DNA of 36,445 bases, the filler included, from an uncultured virus (IMG/VR IMGVR_UViG_2049941000_000903) (taxonomy: Duplodnaviria; Heunggongvirae; Uroviricota; Caudoviricetes). It is 2 parts of one record of this genome, joined end to end, with 100 filler letters (N's around TTAATTAATTAA, not from the genome) between each part and the next. Parts side by side here need not be neighbours in the genome. Positions count along the whole stretch, not along the records: positions 1 to 20,206 come from IMGVR_UViG_2049941000_000903; 1 more part is not named here. One strand, written 5' to 3'. The position numbers and the translations under genes are program-made. Positions 1 to 11,486 of this stretch are shown here, piece by piece. Within the stretch, counting starts at the first letter, position 1, and each line of letters begins with the position of its first letter. The notes below the pieces were generated by a model that was not told where the DNA came from, searched no databases, and worked only from the letters and a program-made list of their open reading frames with translations.

Positions 1-357
1 ATACGGCTCACCAGTTGCCTCGTTAGTGAACACAAACACTTTACTTTTGTCTGATTTTTCATATTGGGCAAGTATAGTATCCCTGAGTTCATCTATATTC
101 TCATACGTCGTTCTGGTAGTATTATGCCCAAGAGTATTGAGCAGATAAGACTTGCCGTCCTTCACAGTATAGACAAGTATCTGAGGCTTCCCGTCTTGGT
201 CAAGTATGTCAAACTTTGGATCTATCCTGAACTCTACCTGGTCACCCACGTTAGCCACAAACGCTGTATTCTCAAAAGCGTTTTGCGCTTCTTCTCCCTC
301 CGCAGCGTCAGACCTCAGGAAGTTACTCAGCATTTGCCATGTTGGACGATAGGCTTC
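1..357 (-). CDS. Internal fragment of giant cargo protein (runs off window edge)
   Basis: Manual translation is open over all 357 nt (EAYRPTWQMLSNFLRSDAAEGEEAQNAF...TNEATGEPY). Same strand as, and downstream of, the 861..4018 gene. Absent from the ORF track. Confidence 0.6.
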
Positions 358-718
358 NNNNNNNNNNNNNNNNNNNNNNNNNNNNNNNNNNNNNNNNNNN
401 NNNNNNNNNNNNNNNNNNNNNNNNNNNNNNNNNNNNNNNNNNNNNNNNNNNNNNNNNNNNNNNNNNNNNNNNNNNNNNNNNNNNNNNNNNNNNNNNNNNN
501 NNNNNNNNNNNNNNNNNNNNNNNNNNNNNNNNNNNNNNNNNNNNNNNNNNNNNNNNNNNNNNNNNNNNNNNNNNNNNNNNNNNNNNNNNNNNNNNNNNNN
601 NNNNNNNNNNNNNNNNNNNNNNNNNNNNNNNNNNNNNNNNNNNNNNNNNNNNNNNNNNNNNNNNNNNNNNNNNNNNNNNNNNNNNNNNNNNNNNNNNNNN
701 NNNNNNNNNNNNNNNNNN

Positions 719-850
719 GGTAGTTATATTGTTGGACAGAGCCGTTGCGTATAACTCACCAGCATATTTCTTCTTTACCTTTGCGTCATCTCCTGGACTG
801 ACCAAAGAAGGAACACCTACTGTTCCAAGCATGCTTCTAAGCCTCACTGC
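719..850 (-). repeat. Second-haplotype copy of part of cargo C2
   Basis: Near-identical to about 4547..4677 with a few substitutions. Flanked by N runs. Confidence 0.85.
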
Positions 851-860
851 NNNNNNNNNN

Positions 861-3800
861 CCTCAGCGTAGGAGAGTCACCGGTATTACTTTTCTTCCTG
901 CTCGCCGTTGGCTTCTTTCTTCCTGATACGTAGTTGCTGATTTTCTTGTACTCATCAAGACCTTTCTTTATAGCAGCAACGGCTTGGTCATAGGCGCGTC
1001 CTATAATATCCACACCTCCCATGCCTGCTATGGTAGGACCAGTAATGGCATTAAGCTGCGTCTTTACTCTTCCGCCAGGAATAACAGTACCGTCATCCTC
1101 AAATGAGTCAAAGTTGAAATCAAAGTCAAGATACTGCCCCTTGTTCTGAGCTTCGTCAAACATCCGCTCGAGTATGATACGTTCTGCTGACTTTGCAACA
1201 GTCATATCCTCAGATACGCCAAGACCATTATCCTGATAGAAAGATAAGAAATCGGAGTTGACATCGTGCAGTTCCAGAAAATCCTGAACTGGTTTACTTG
1301 TAGGAGCAAGTTCTTCAAGCTGTTGGAAGAACTCTGTGGCAAGACCCTTCTGTTGAACAAGATCACGGTAGGATACCTTTACATCATCAATGGTTTTATA
1401 TCCCTGAGCCTCCGTCTTAACCTGCTTCTTTGCATTCTTTTCTTTCTTTTTTTCTTGAGTCTCAGCCTGCTGTTCGTATTCTTTTGCTGCTTCCCCGGAA
1501 AGAAGTCTCTGATATTTGTTATACAGTTCATACCTGTCATTGGATATCTTCTCCATATCATCAAGAATTTTAGACAGGTTTTTGTCAGAGTCTCCTATTT
1601 TCTTCCTGAGAGCGGTTATTACCTGCTTGCTCTGCTTTCTTATCTCAGCATTACTTCCTCCAGGAAGAAGGCCCGAAAAGGCCCTCTCAAGGTCAGACTT
1701 CATCTTGGTTACTGCTGCTTGCTTCTCATCCTCTGTTTCCAAACCTTTGCCGGCAACGGCTGTTATCGAGGCCTCAGCATCAGCCAAGTCCTTATTGAGC
1801 ATTGACAGATATCTCCTCTCAACAGATTTGATATTCATCGCTGTGAACACAAGCTCCTCCATGAGCTTGTCAGAGTAGTTTGCGGGAGCAAGTGTAAGCA
1901 AAGCATCATACACATCAGAATACTCCTTAACCCTATCGCTGAGTTCTGTAGCCTTCTCAATTACATTATCTACGATATCTTTATCAGACTTATTCTTTGT
2001 TACAACCTGCTTACTTGGGTCATTGCCCTCCATTGCATCACGGATGTCATCTGCATCTGCTTCAGATTTGCGCATGAACTCGTTAGCCATCTGGCGCACA
2101 TCATCAAGCCTGCCAGCTTTCGCAAAAGCCATTATATCAGATATAATCTGCTTTTCACTTGCATCAGTCCACACCTTCTTATCGTCTGCGGCAAGTGCAT
2201 CCTCCATCTCGTTGTCGTACTTAAGATGACGCACGTACGCTCTCCACCTGTCTTGAAATTCAGGAGTATTGACGATAGTGTTCAACTTATCCGCCGCATC
2301 TCTGGACTCGGTTACCTGCTGCCTGGCCTCTGCTATTGCCCCCGGTACTCCCCCACGATTACCTGAGAGATATCCTCTTCCCGGAATACCAAACAAACCT
2401 GTAAGTGCGCCGATGAAACCCTCCTGCCAATTCTTCGGATCTAACAGATAGTTCTTACCTTCAGGCCACATGTTAGCAACCCACTCAAATAATGATGCAG
2501 TTGCTCTGTCGTCGTAGCCATCATCGTTATACTGCGTCAGAAAATTAGTAGCTGCACCTTGTATTCCGCTTGATATGAAGCCCTGCGCCATTTCCTCAAA
2601 AGCCTCAGTGCCTCCATTCTTCAGAGAGTTAATAGCAGTCATTGTGAGAACAGCAGCTTTCTCACTCATGTTTCCAAGAAGGCCACGGTAGTTTCCCATC
2701 GTGCCGCTTACATTACGTAGAGTTCTTGCTGTCTTCCAGCCGCCAGAGAATATCTTGGCAAACTCAACAGTATTTGAAAACGTAAGCAGNNNNNNNNNNA
2801 GAATTGAGTATATCCTGTTCCGCCTCATCTATCAAGGATATGTATTCCTGCTTTATCTGGGGAAGATGCTCATCAAGAAATTCTTTCTTGGCCATAAGAC
2901 CTTCCATGCTGCCTTCTCCCATAGCACCAAGAGCGGCACCATAAAACTGAAGTTTGGAACCCGCCTTGTTTATCTGTTGGGCAGCACGTTTAAGATTTCC
3001 AGCAAATCTTGANNNNNNNNNNAGCCATAAGACCTTCCATACTGCCTTCTCCCATAGCGCCAAGAGCAGCGCCATAAAACTGAAGTTTGGAACCAGCCTT
3101 GTTTATCTGTTGGGCAGCACGTTTAAGATTTCCAGCAAATCTTGATGCATCTACTGTAACCTGGGCACCTGTCGGTATGGCCTGTGCTGCTTGAACAAGC
3201 TCTTGTATGGCAGCAGCATCTCCCTCCGCAGCAACTGTTGCACCGCGCATTACATCTCCAACAAGTTTTGCAGACAATGCCTTGCTTATAAGACTTGACC
3301 ATATAGAGCCGCCCCCGATAGCACCAACAGTAAAACCGAAATTCTTTATAAGGGAATCTCCTATAAAGTTTGCAGTGCCCATGTGCTTGTACCATTCTCT
3401 CTGATACTGCTCACTTCTCTCCTCCGCAGTTCTATAATTAGGAAAAGCCTTCTCACTCCAGTTCTGTATATCCATCAGCTTTTCGGAGAGAAAATTGTTC
3501 ACTCCGGCATCTACTGCCTCTCCAAGATCGTGACCTGTATTCTTGAAGATATCATTAAGCATCTGCCTTTGGTAGTTGAACATTGCCGCTCCGGCACCTG
3601 CAACTGTCCCGGCGACAGTGTTAGCTGCAGTAACAGCCGCTGTTATACCTCCCTTAATGATACCGTTGCCTATCTTCCATACCCCAGGCTGTGCATTTGC
3701 CCTTGCCTCCTCAACGTCCATTCCAGGAGTGTAGCCGGTACGCTCATCATATCGTGAACCTCCCCAACCGGCATCTACGGCTGAGTTGAAATATGATTCG

Positions 3801-4018
3801 GAGCCAGCGAGGCCATGAACCTTGTCGGCTTTCTTCATCAACGATATTGCACTTGGGTGGTCAAATTTGGTAACAGGATGCAAGTCCTGTAATCCCCCAT
3901 CATCAACAGTCTCGAGCTCTGGCATTACCACATCTTCCGGACTAACTGCAGAATTGGAAGCATTGCCGGTTGTTTGGTAATTATCTATCGCCTGTGTCAA
4001 GTCTCTGAAAGTAGACAT
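861..4018 (-). CDS. Giant cargo/ejection protein, N-terminal part (first of the large genes associated with the virion RNA polymerase); fragmented
   Basis: ATG at 4018. Fragments 3023..4018, 2800..3012, a bridge at 10035..10235/12622..12822 (+; VREDKVLTKRGQ...LLTFSNTVEFAKIFSG) and 861..2789 join into more than 1,000 aa. Contains Gly/Ala-rich hydrophobic helices and follows C1/C2 as in crAss-like phages. Confidence 0.75.
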
Positions 4019-4023
4019 ATATA

Positions 4024-7008
4024 TTATTCTTTTATTCTGTTAAATGCAGACTGGATATAGTTATTAATCAAGTCGTAGTACCACATGGAATTCTGCTCGT
4101 CATTCATGAAGGAAGCCATATTATCACCAAAATCAAGATTCGGTATCTTATTGGTTAGCTCATATAATGACGCTTCGAGCCTGTCACGACTGTTGCTATA
4201 TGACTCTGTAAATATCTTGTCCGGATTCAGGAACGGCTCCATAAGGTCAGGAAGTCCCTGCAAACGCTGGAATGTTACATTGTCCGCCACTATGGAATTG
4301 AACATCCTTGGATTGACAAGGAAAGTACCCTTGTTTGTAGTTACACGCAACCTTCCGTGAATGTCATCGGACTTTCCGGAATAAATATCCGTAGGCATGG
4401 CTTCAATCTTCTGAAGACCTCCAGTATCGCTATCGTCAAGACCTCCGTTCTCCTTCACATCCAAAACATCCCTTATATCAGTAATAGGCTTCTTGTAATC
4501 TATGGTGCCGTCCTTATTTACCCTATAGATAGCAAACGGGCTATTAGTAGTTATATTGTTGGACAGAGCCGTTGCATATAGCTCACCAGCATATTTCTTC
4601 TTTACCTTTGCGTCATCTCCTGGACTAACCAAAGAAGGAACACCTACTGTTCCAAGCATGCTTCTAAGCCTCACTGCTGATTCCACATACTTAGGGGGGA
4701 CATTCAGGTCAATCCCATTTTTGGTCATATATTTTACCAACTTGTCAGGAGAAATGTTCTTCAGCGCACGCTTGTCATTAAGTTTGATAATTTCGTCAAT
4801 ACTTTCTTTGTGGAATCTGAGAAGGGCGTTGTAGTTCTCAGTCATCTCCTTGTCAAGAATTTCCCTGCCATTAACGACTCTTCGTATAGCGACAGCATCC
4901 TTACCAAGTTTGACATCTTTCCCTTTATTAAGTTCTCTTCTCTCATCATCAGTTAACTTATCCGTGGATATTTCCATCCTTACCTGATTTCCGTTGGAGT
5001 CGGTTGCCTCAACAATACGGCGCTGTCGAAGACTTTCATTAGACGGGAATATATTGGGATTGAAACCATACTTCTGCTGAATAGCACTTGCGTATCGTCC
5101 ATTAAATATCGTGGAGTAAGCAGTTGCCCAATCCGTAATTTCCTTTGTGCCGTCCTCTGTTTTAATAATAAGAGGATTGTCTTTGCTTATATCACCGAAT
5201 AGCTTCCTCAATGCCTCAATAGTCTTGCTTTCCGACTCTCCGGTACCATTATAATACTGATGCGAGGATACACCAAACTCATCAAAGTTATCGCCCTCCG
5301 CAGGTGTAATTATCCTGTTGCCATTCTCATCGAACCACTCAGGATGTTGTATTACCTGCTGCCTATACCAGTTGTTAAAGGACCTGTTGTCCTCCTGCTC
5401 TGCCAACCAGTTACGCATCCCGTAATCCCACTGCTTATTCTCAAGATGATCGACAGAAGGTTTACCAACACCCTGAGATGCACCATAGGCAGCGAAGTCA
5501 AGGGCCTTTTCAAACTCTTTTGCAGTCACCCTGGAGGAAGCACCGGTTTTATCCAAATGATACCTTATAGCATCTGCGGCAACCTTAGTTACCGGATCGA
5601 GGGAATCAAACGCCGGCTCGCCAGCACCGTTCCAGTAATCACGTACCGCAGCCATTGCGGTATTGACCTGTTCATTTGTAAAGCCGTTGTTTGTCTGCAG
5701 GAAGTAGTATCCAGGTAGNNNNNNNNNNCTCCTGACCACGAGCCTTAAGGTCAGATGCTATATCCTGAGCAAGTTGATTACCGCTTGTGGTAAAGTAATC
5801 ACTGCCATACCTGTCGTTCTTTAGGTACTCATCAAGACTTGCAAGTCCGGGATCTTCGCTCGTTATAGCATCAGGATGCTCCCTCTTATATGCTCCCCAC
5901 TCTTCACTGCGCTTCTGCCGCATTTGGATTGCAGCACCAAGCCTTGTTATATCACCAGCATAACCTGCTCTTGCTGCGGCAAGATCCCGTCTTGTCTGGG
6001 TGTTATAACCATTTGCCCACAAGTTGTTCTGGAGAGTTTGAAGCTTGGANNNNNNNNNNTCAGACAAGACGAGACTTGGCTGCAGCAAGAGCAGGTTACG
6101 CTGGTGATATAACAAGGCTTGGTGCTGCCATTCAAATGCGGCAGAAGCGCAGTGAAGAGTGGGGAGCATATAAGAGGGAGCATCCTGATGCTATAACAAG
6201 CGAGGATCCCGGACTTGCAAGTCTTGATGAGTACCTAAAGAACGACAGGTATGGTAGTGATTACTTTACCACAAGCGGTAACCAGCTTGCTCAGGATATA
6301 GCATCTGACCTCAAGGCTCGTGGTCAGGAACTTCTAAGTAATCCAGAACTCATGAACATGAATCTACCTGGATACTACTTCCTGCAGACAAACAACGGCT
6401 TTACAAATGAACAAGTCAATACTGCAATGGCTGCTGTACGTGATTATTGGAACGGTGCTGGCGAATCGGCATTTGATTCCCTCGATCCGATAACTAAGGT
6501 TGCCGCAGATGCTATAAGGTATCATTTGGATAAAACAGGCGCTTCCTCCAGGGTGACTGCAAAAGAGTTTGAAAAGGCTCTTGACTTCGCTGCCTATGGT
6601 GCATCTCAGGGTGTTGGCAAACCTTCTGTCGAACATCTTGAGAATAAGCAGTGGGACTACGGAATGCGTAACTGGTTGGCAGAACAGGAAGACAACAGGT
6701 CCTTTAACAACTGGTATAGGCAGCAGGTAATACAACATCCAGAGTGGTTCGATGAGAATGGCAACAGGATAATTACACCTGCGGAGGGCGANNNNNNNNN
6801 NCATATAGCCTTCGTACATTCTCCTTGCCTCAGAATCATCAGGCTCAGCATCAAGGTAATGACGAAGAGCCTCAGCTTCCATGCTATACTGGTCATAGGC
6901 ATCCTGCGTGGCACGATGTATCTCTGCCGCTTCCCTGACTGGTGCAGCAATCTGGTCGTATGTGAATGGCTCGAAGTAAGAGCCGCTTGTGACTAAATAC
7001 TTTGCCAT
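4024..7008 (-). CDS. Cargo protein C2-like (phiCrAss001 gp46 position), about 750 aa when reassembled
   Basis: Start MAKYLVTSGSYFEPFTYDQIAAP at 7008. Pieces are 6802..7008, 5729..6049 and 4024..5718. The inverted copy 6060..6791 bridges the 5719..5728 gap (ARGQELLSNPELMNMNLPGYY). Confidence 0.75.
6060..6791 (+). repeat. Inverted second-haplotype copy of part of cargo C2
   Basis: Reverse complement of about 5290..6000 with mostly synonymous differences. Bounded by 10-N gaps. Confidence 0.85.
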
Positions 7009-7011
7009 ATA

Positions 7012-9729
7012 TTATTTCTTTTTACCTCCACACTTGAACTTCATGGCACGTGCATACCTATACGGGTCATACATAATCACGCCACTATTGAATGCGCCGT
7101 ATCCCTCATTTGCCGGATTACTGTTCACCTGATTCATCACAAAGTTCTCCTGACCTATGCCTGATAATGCCTGAAGAGCGTTGCTTATCTGATTGCTTAT
7201 TGCAGCATACTTATCACCCTCCGCAGCATAGTTGAGTTGCTGTAACTGGAGGTCATTGTATGCATTCCTCATCTGTGCATCAGCAAGTGCCCTCTGCCTT
7301 GCAGCGTCTATCGTATAGTCAAATTGCGCACGCTGCGCCTCGTTGGCATTGTTAGCGGCAATGACCTGATTGCGCCTCTGGTTATTAGCGTCCCAAGTCT
7401 GAAGGAAAGTATTACCGAGGTTACCAGTAATGCTATTGTCTTGTGCAATCATTGCTGCTGCGGTAGAAGGACCAAGACCAGAATTACGCAGAGCACGCTG
7501 TGTACTGTTGCCTTGCGCCAGAACCTGATTCATCAGCATGTTCTGGTCAACTGGATTGTAAACCTGGTCCTGCAGACTTATCCTACCAGTTGGAGCAAAC
7601 GGTTTGTATCTCGTAGCCGTATATCTGTCCGGTTTCTGGAAAGCATTGTACAGTCCAAGCAATCCAGAACCAATCGCTCCTGCATACCTCGGGAAAGTAG
7701 ACAGATAAGGATTAGCTTTCATGCTCTCTGCAGCATCTCCCGAAGAAGCAGTAACAGCCCCACTTGCTGCATCAACAGCAGATGCACCAGCAGTACTTTT
7801 CCCTATCTCGGAAAGATCCACATTAGATACTATTTGTTCTATTGTAGGAGCCATCCTGCTATATATAGAGCCCATTCCTGTAGATGCCTTGACTGGTCTG
7901 TCAGCAGTAACTACTGCAGGTGCAATCTCTTCTCCCCACACTGGATGCTCCTCCTTATACTGCCACTCATGCGTGGGGCCATAATAAGATTCCATATCAG
8001 GAGCAGTGTAATTTCCAAACGTTCTTCTTGCAAGTTCTTCAAACGATATGGGAGAATACCTTCTAAGTAAACCAGGAGGGTTCAACTGCACCGCCCCGGC
8101 AGAAAACGAAGGCATTGCCTTCATGGTATCTGTTACAGTAACAGGAGATATGCTATCATAAATTCTAGGAGCTTCTGCAGTAACAATAGAGGGATTAAGC
8201 ACAGGAGGGGTCCTCATTATTCTGGAATTCTTGTAATCCCATACCTGACCACCATTAGGAAATCTATTAATTTTTCCGCCCCGTGCCTCTTCATTGACAA
8301 CCTTCAATGTGCTGAGGTCTATATCTGCACCTTCATCATTAAGACTTTCTTCGGAGCTTATTTTGCCAGTTGACTTGTTTTTTCTCGCATTAATTCCATC
8401 TATTATAGAAGCGCCTACAAGAGCCGCGGTACCTAGCCCACCAACAAGTTTGGGTACAAATCCTGGAGCCTTAGCAACCGCCGCCACTTTCCTAACCTTT
8501 GATGCGTTTTTTGCAATACCTTTTCCTATAGCATCTAGTGTTGCGGAAGTTGCTTCCCTTCGTGCCTGCCCAATACCCTTAGCCTTTTCAATGTATGCCT
8601 CTGAAAAATTCTTTATTGTTTGCTCATTAGCTCCAGAAGCTGCTGCGTTCTCAAGAGCAGTCTTCGAAGTTGTAAACGCCTCTTTCGAAGTTTCTATACG
8701 TTTACGCGCATCTTTAGCTACCTGAATGGCGTCGTCAAAAGCCTCGTTTTTTGCCTTCTGCAGTTCATTATATCTTTCCAGAGCTTCGTTGCTCTTCGCA
8801 ACTTTCTTTGCTTCCCTGGTAGATTGCTTGACTATATATTCGGGATCACTGCTAAATAATCCACTAAGTGCTCCTGCCTCAAGCAAATGTTCTGCAGAAT
8901 CACGATACTCATCACGCATTTTCTTTGCCGCCTCAGCCGCAGCCATAGCAGCACCAAATCCGGGGTCAACAAGATATCCGGCTGCAGGCAATGCATACTC
9001 CTCTGCGAACCTGTTTATGCCACCACGAACAGCCTCTTCCATTGCAAGGCGCTTGGGGTCGTCTGCTGTAATAACTGCCGGTTCGGTAATTACAGACTGT
9101 GCAGATAGAACCTTGTCACCGCCATCCTTGAACAATTTGCCACCATTACGCATCATTGGCATTTGTCCCGGTGCTACTTCTTGTGGTATCATCTCTGGCT
9201 CTTGCGGCACCGTCTCCGGCTGCGCTGGCATAGGAGGTACAGCAGCAGCTTCCCCTTCAAGACCAGGCTGCTCCTGTGCTGCAAGCATCTCTTCAAGAGC
9301 GGCAAGTTCGTCTGGAGAAAGGTTCTTCAGTTCCCTCTCCAGTTGCCTCTGTTCGTTGTATGCCTTCTGCCCTTCCTGCGCATCAGCAAGACGACCAAGC
9401 ATAGCCTCAAGACCATTGCGCGATATAGGGTCATACGGTCTGTTCTCTGCCTCCGTAAAGAAAGAATCCGCTATCTTGGAGTAGAGTTCTCCAGCGTATT
9501 TCTCCGGAATATTGTTCTCCTTGAGAAACCGCTCGCTTGCCTTTATGTTATCGGAATACACATAGTCCTTGTACACCGGCTCCCCTTCCTCAAGGAGATT
9601 TGGAGTCCCTTCCTGGTCTACGCCAATCTGAACTCCGCCGTTGGGATTCTCTTCGTGTGAACCACCGACTTCGACTTTCATGTAATCCTTCGGCGCAAAG
9701 TATCCGCCGTGGGTATCAAATGTACTCAT
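7012..9729 (-). CDS. Cargo protein C1-like, C-terminal module (C1b), 905 aa
   Basis: Gap-free ORF. Motifs GGSHEENPNGGVQIGVDQEGTPNLLEEGEPVYKDYVYSD and RYAGAIGSGL..QKPD match the recalled C-terminal half of phiCrAss001 gp45. Confidence 0.8.
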   Translation of the reverse strand: MSTFDTHGGYFAPKDYMKVEVGGSHEENPNGGVQIGVDQEGTPNLLEEGEPVYKDYVYSDNIKASERFLKENNIPEKYAGELYSKIADSFFTEAENRPYDPISRNGLEAMLGRLADAQEGQKAYNEQRQLERELKNLSPDELAALEEMLAAQEQPGLEGEAAAVPPMPAQPETVPQEPEMIPQEVAPGQMPMMRNGGKLFKDGGDKVLSAQSVITEPAVITADDPKRLAMEEAVRGGINRFAEEYALPAAGYLVDPGFGAAMAAAEAAKKMRDEYRDSAEHLLEAGALSGLFSSDPEYIVKQSTREAKKVAKSNEALERYNELQKAKNEAFDDAIQVAKDARKRIETSKEAFTTSKTALENAAASGANEQTIKNFSEAYIEKAKGIGQARREATSATLDAIGKGIAKNASKVRKVAAVAKAPGFVPKLVGGLGTAALVGASIIDGINARKNKSTGKISSEESLNDEGADIDLSTLKVVNEEARGGKINRFPNGGQVWDYKNSRIMRTPPVLNPSIVTAEAPRIYDSISPVTVTDTMKAMPSFSAGAVQLNPPGLLRRYSPISFEELARRTFGNYTAPDMESYYGPTHEWQYKEEHPVWGEEIAPAVVTADRPVKASTGMGSIYSRMAPTIEQIVSNVDLSEIGKSTAGASAVDAASGAVTASSGDAAESMKANPYLSTFPRYAGAIGSGLLGLYNAFQKPDRYTATRYKPFAPTGRISLQDQVYNPVDQNMLMNQVLAQGNSTQRALRNSGLGPSTAAAMIAQDNSITGNLGNTFLQTWDANNQRRNQVIAANNANEAQRAQFDYTIDAARQRALADAQMRNAYNDLQLQQLNYAAEGDKYAAISNQISNALQALSGIGQENFVMNQVNSNPANEGYGAFNSGVIMYDPYRYARAMKFKCGGKKK

Positions 9730-9731
9730 AT

Positions 9732-11020
9732 CTATTTTCTTATTCTAACTCTAACTCCACCATCAACAGTCGTCCTTGTTATACTGGGAAAATGCTGTTC
9801 GTTATATTTTGGTTTGCCAAGCTTCCTGTTGGCGAATTCCGTTATTGATTGCTTCCTGTCCATCTGACCGCCCTTTTCCGCAGCATTGACTACGCCTTTC
9901 CTGTTCTGGTAATCTCCAATACGCTCGTGCGCCGCTTGGAAATTCATATTTGAAGTAGCCTGTGCAATAGTCGCCTGTGCCTCGAGCGCATCCTGCTTTC
10001 TCTGGGCTTTTCTATTCCCAGCGANNNNNNNNNNTGTGCGTGAGGATAAAGTACTCACGAAAAGGGGGCAGGCAGAATTACTCAGGAGAAAGCAGTTGCT
10101 GCAGGAAATGTACGAAAACAAGGTTTCCAATGCAGAGCAACTGGGAGAAAGGCTCGCATCCATAGTATATGGTCTGAACTTTCCGCTGCTTACGTTTTCA
10201 AATACTGTTGAGTTTGCCAAGATATTCTCTGGCGGNNNNNNNNNNAAGAATGCTGTTCGCTATATTTTGGTTTGCCAAGTTTCCTGTTGGCGAATTCCGT
10301 TATTGACTGCTTCCTGTCCATCTGACCGCCATTTTCCGCAGCGTTGACTACACCTTTCCTGTTCTGGTAATCTCCGATACGCTCGTGCGCCGCCTGGAAA
10401 TTCATATTTGAAGTAGCCTGTGCAATAGTCGTCTGTGCCTCGAGCGCATCCTGCTTTCTCTGGGCTTTTCTATTCCCAGCGATAACTCCGATTCCACTTC
10501 CCAGCAATCCTGCAACTCCACCAACTGCTGCTCCGATAGGACCGCCAATCTGCAATCCTGCCGTCGCTCCCTGCAGAGTACTGGAAACGATGTTACCTGC
10601 CTTCTCTCCATTTGACATACCACGGATATCCTTATACGTCGGCATCGGTGCGAGATAATTCTGCGACATGTCATTGGCGAGTTGTTCATAGTTCACATAG
10701 TTATAGTTACCGAAATCAGCGTAATCATCGAGAGCGTTCTCATAAGCGGATGTATCCCCTATCTGCGCCGCTTGCATTGCATTACCGGCGATACCGGTAG
10801 CAGCAGATAACCCCGCTATACCCATACCGGCAAGTGCGGTTGATGCCTGCCCTTTAAGACCTGCGGATACAAGATTGTAGTTGTTGTCCTTCACTATGCC
10901 ATCATACAACTTATCAAGACCGCCAAGCCTCTGCCTAGCGTTCCTGTAGTCGTTGAGCAGGATATTGCGCCCGTATGTGCCGTATCCGGCTAATCCTTCT
11001 GAAATATCACCCAACTTCAT
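9732..11020 (-). CDS. Cargo protein C1-like, N-terminal membrane module (C1a), about 276 aa
   Basis: 10246..11020 overlaps 9732..10024 (GNRKAQRKQ...). Has a glycine-zipper hydrophobic segment GATAGLQIGGPIGAAVGGVAGLLGSGIGVIAG and motifs AQIGDTS and KDIRG as recalled for the gp45 N-terminus. Directly follows the muzzle stop. Confidence 0.8.
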
Positions 11021-11074
11021 ACTACTCGAAATATTTAATAACTATGTCGTGAAGCTGCATCATANNNNNNNNNN

Positions 11075-11485
11075 GTTTGACATACCACGGATATCCTCAT
11101 ACGTCGGCATCGGTGCAAGATAATTCTGCGACATGTCATTGGCAAGTTGGTCATAGTTCACATAGTTATAATTACCGAAATCAGCGTAATCAGCAAGAGC
11201 GTTCTCATAAGCGGACGTATCTCCTATCTGCGCCGCTTGCATTGCATTACCGGCGATACCGGTAGCGGCAGACAATCCCGCTGTTCCCATACCGGCAAGT
11301 GCGGTTGATGCCTGTCCTTTAAGACCTGCGGATACAAGATTGTAGTTGTTGTCCTTTACTACGCCATCATACAACTTATCAAGACCGCCAAGCCTCTGCC
11401 TGGCGTTCCTGTAGTCGTTGAGCAGGATATTACGCCCGTATGTGCCGTATCCGGCTAATCCTTTTGATATATCCTCAAGCTTCAT
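11075..11485 (-). CDS. Second allele of C1a, N-terminal part
   Basis: MKLEDISKG versus MKLGDISEG. Preceded by the same muzzle 3' end. Confidence 0.8.
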
Positions 11486-11486
11486 A

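Noticed and set aside
358..718. ORF-track entries spanning long N runs (also 16453..17440 and 35195..35741)
   Set aside because: Artefacts of unknown sequence. Flanking pieces belong to different genes or frames.
1100..1135. DFDFNFD as a possible RNA polymerase catalytic motif
   Set aside because: It does not match the DxDxD loop and lacks double-psi barrel context. The catalytic gene probably lies outside the window.
5290..6791. Large inverted repeat suggesting an invertible segment
   Set aside because: Every breakpoint is a 10-N gap and the differences are allelic. No recombinase or recombination sites are visible.
9727..9734. Amber recoding that would fuse C1a and C1b, or a non-standard genetic code
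   Set aside because: The next ATG is out of frame, long genes have no internal TAG or TGA, and TAG ends coincide with expected protein termini.
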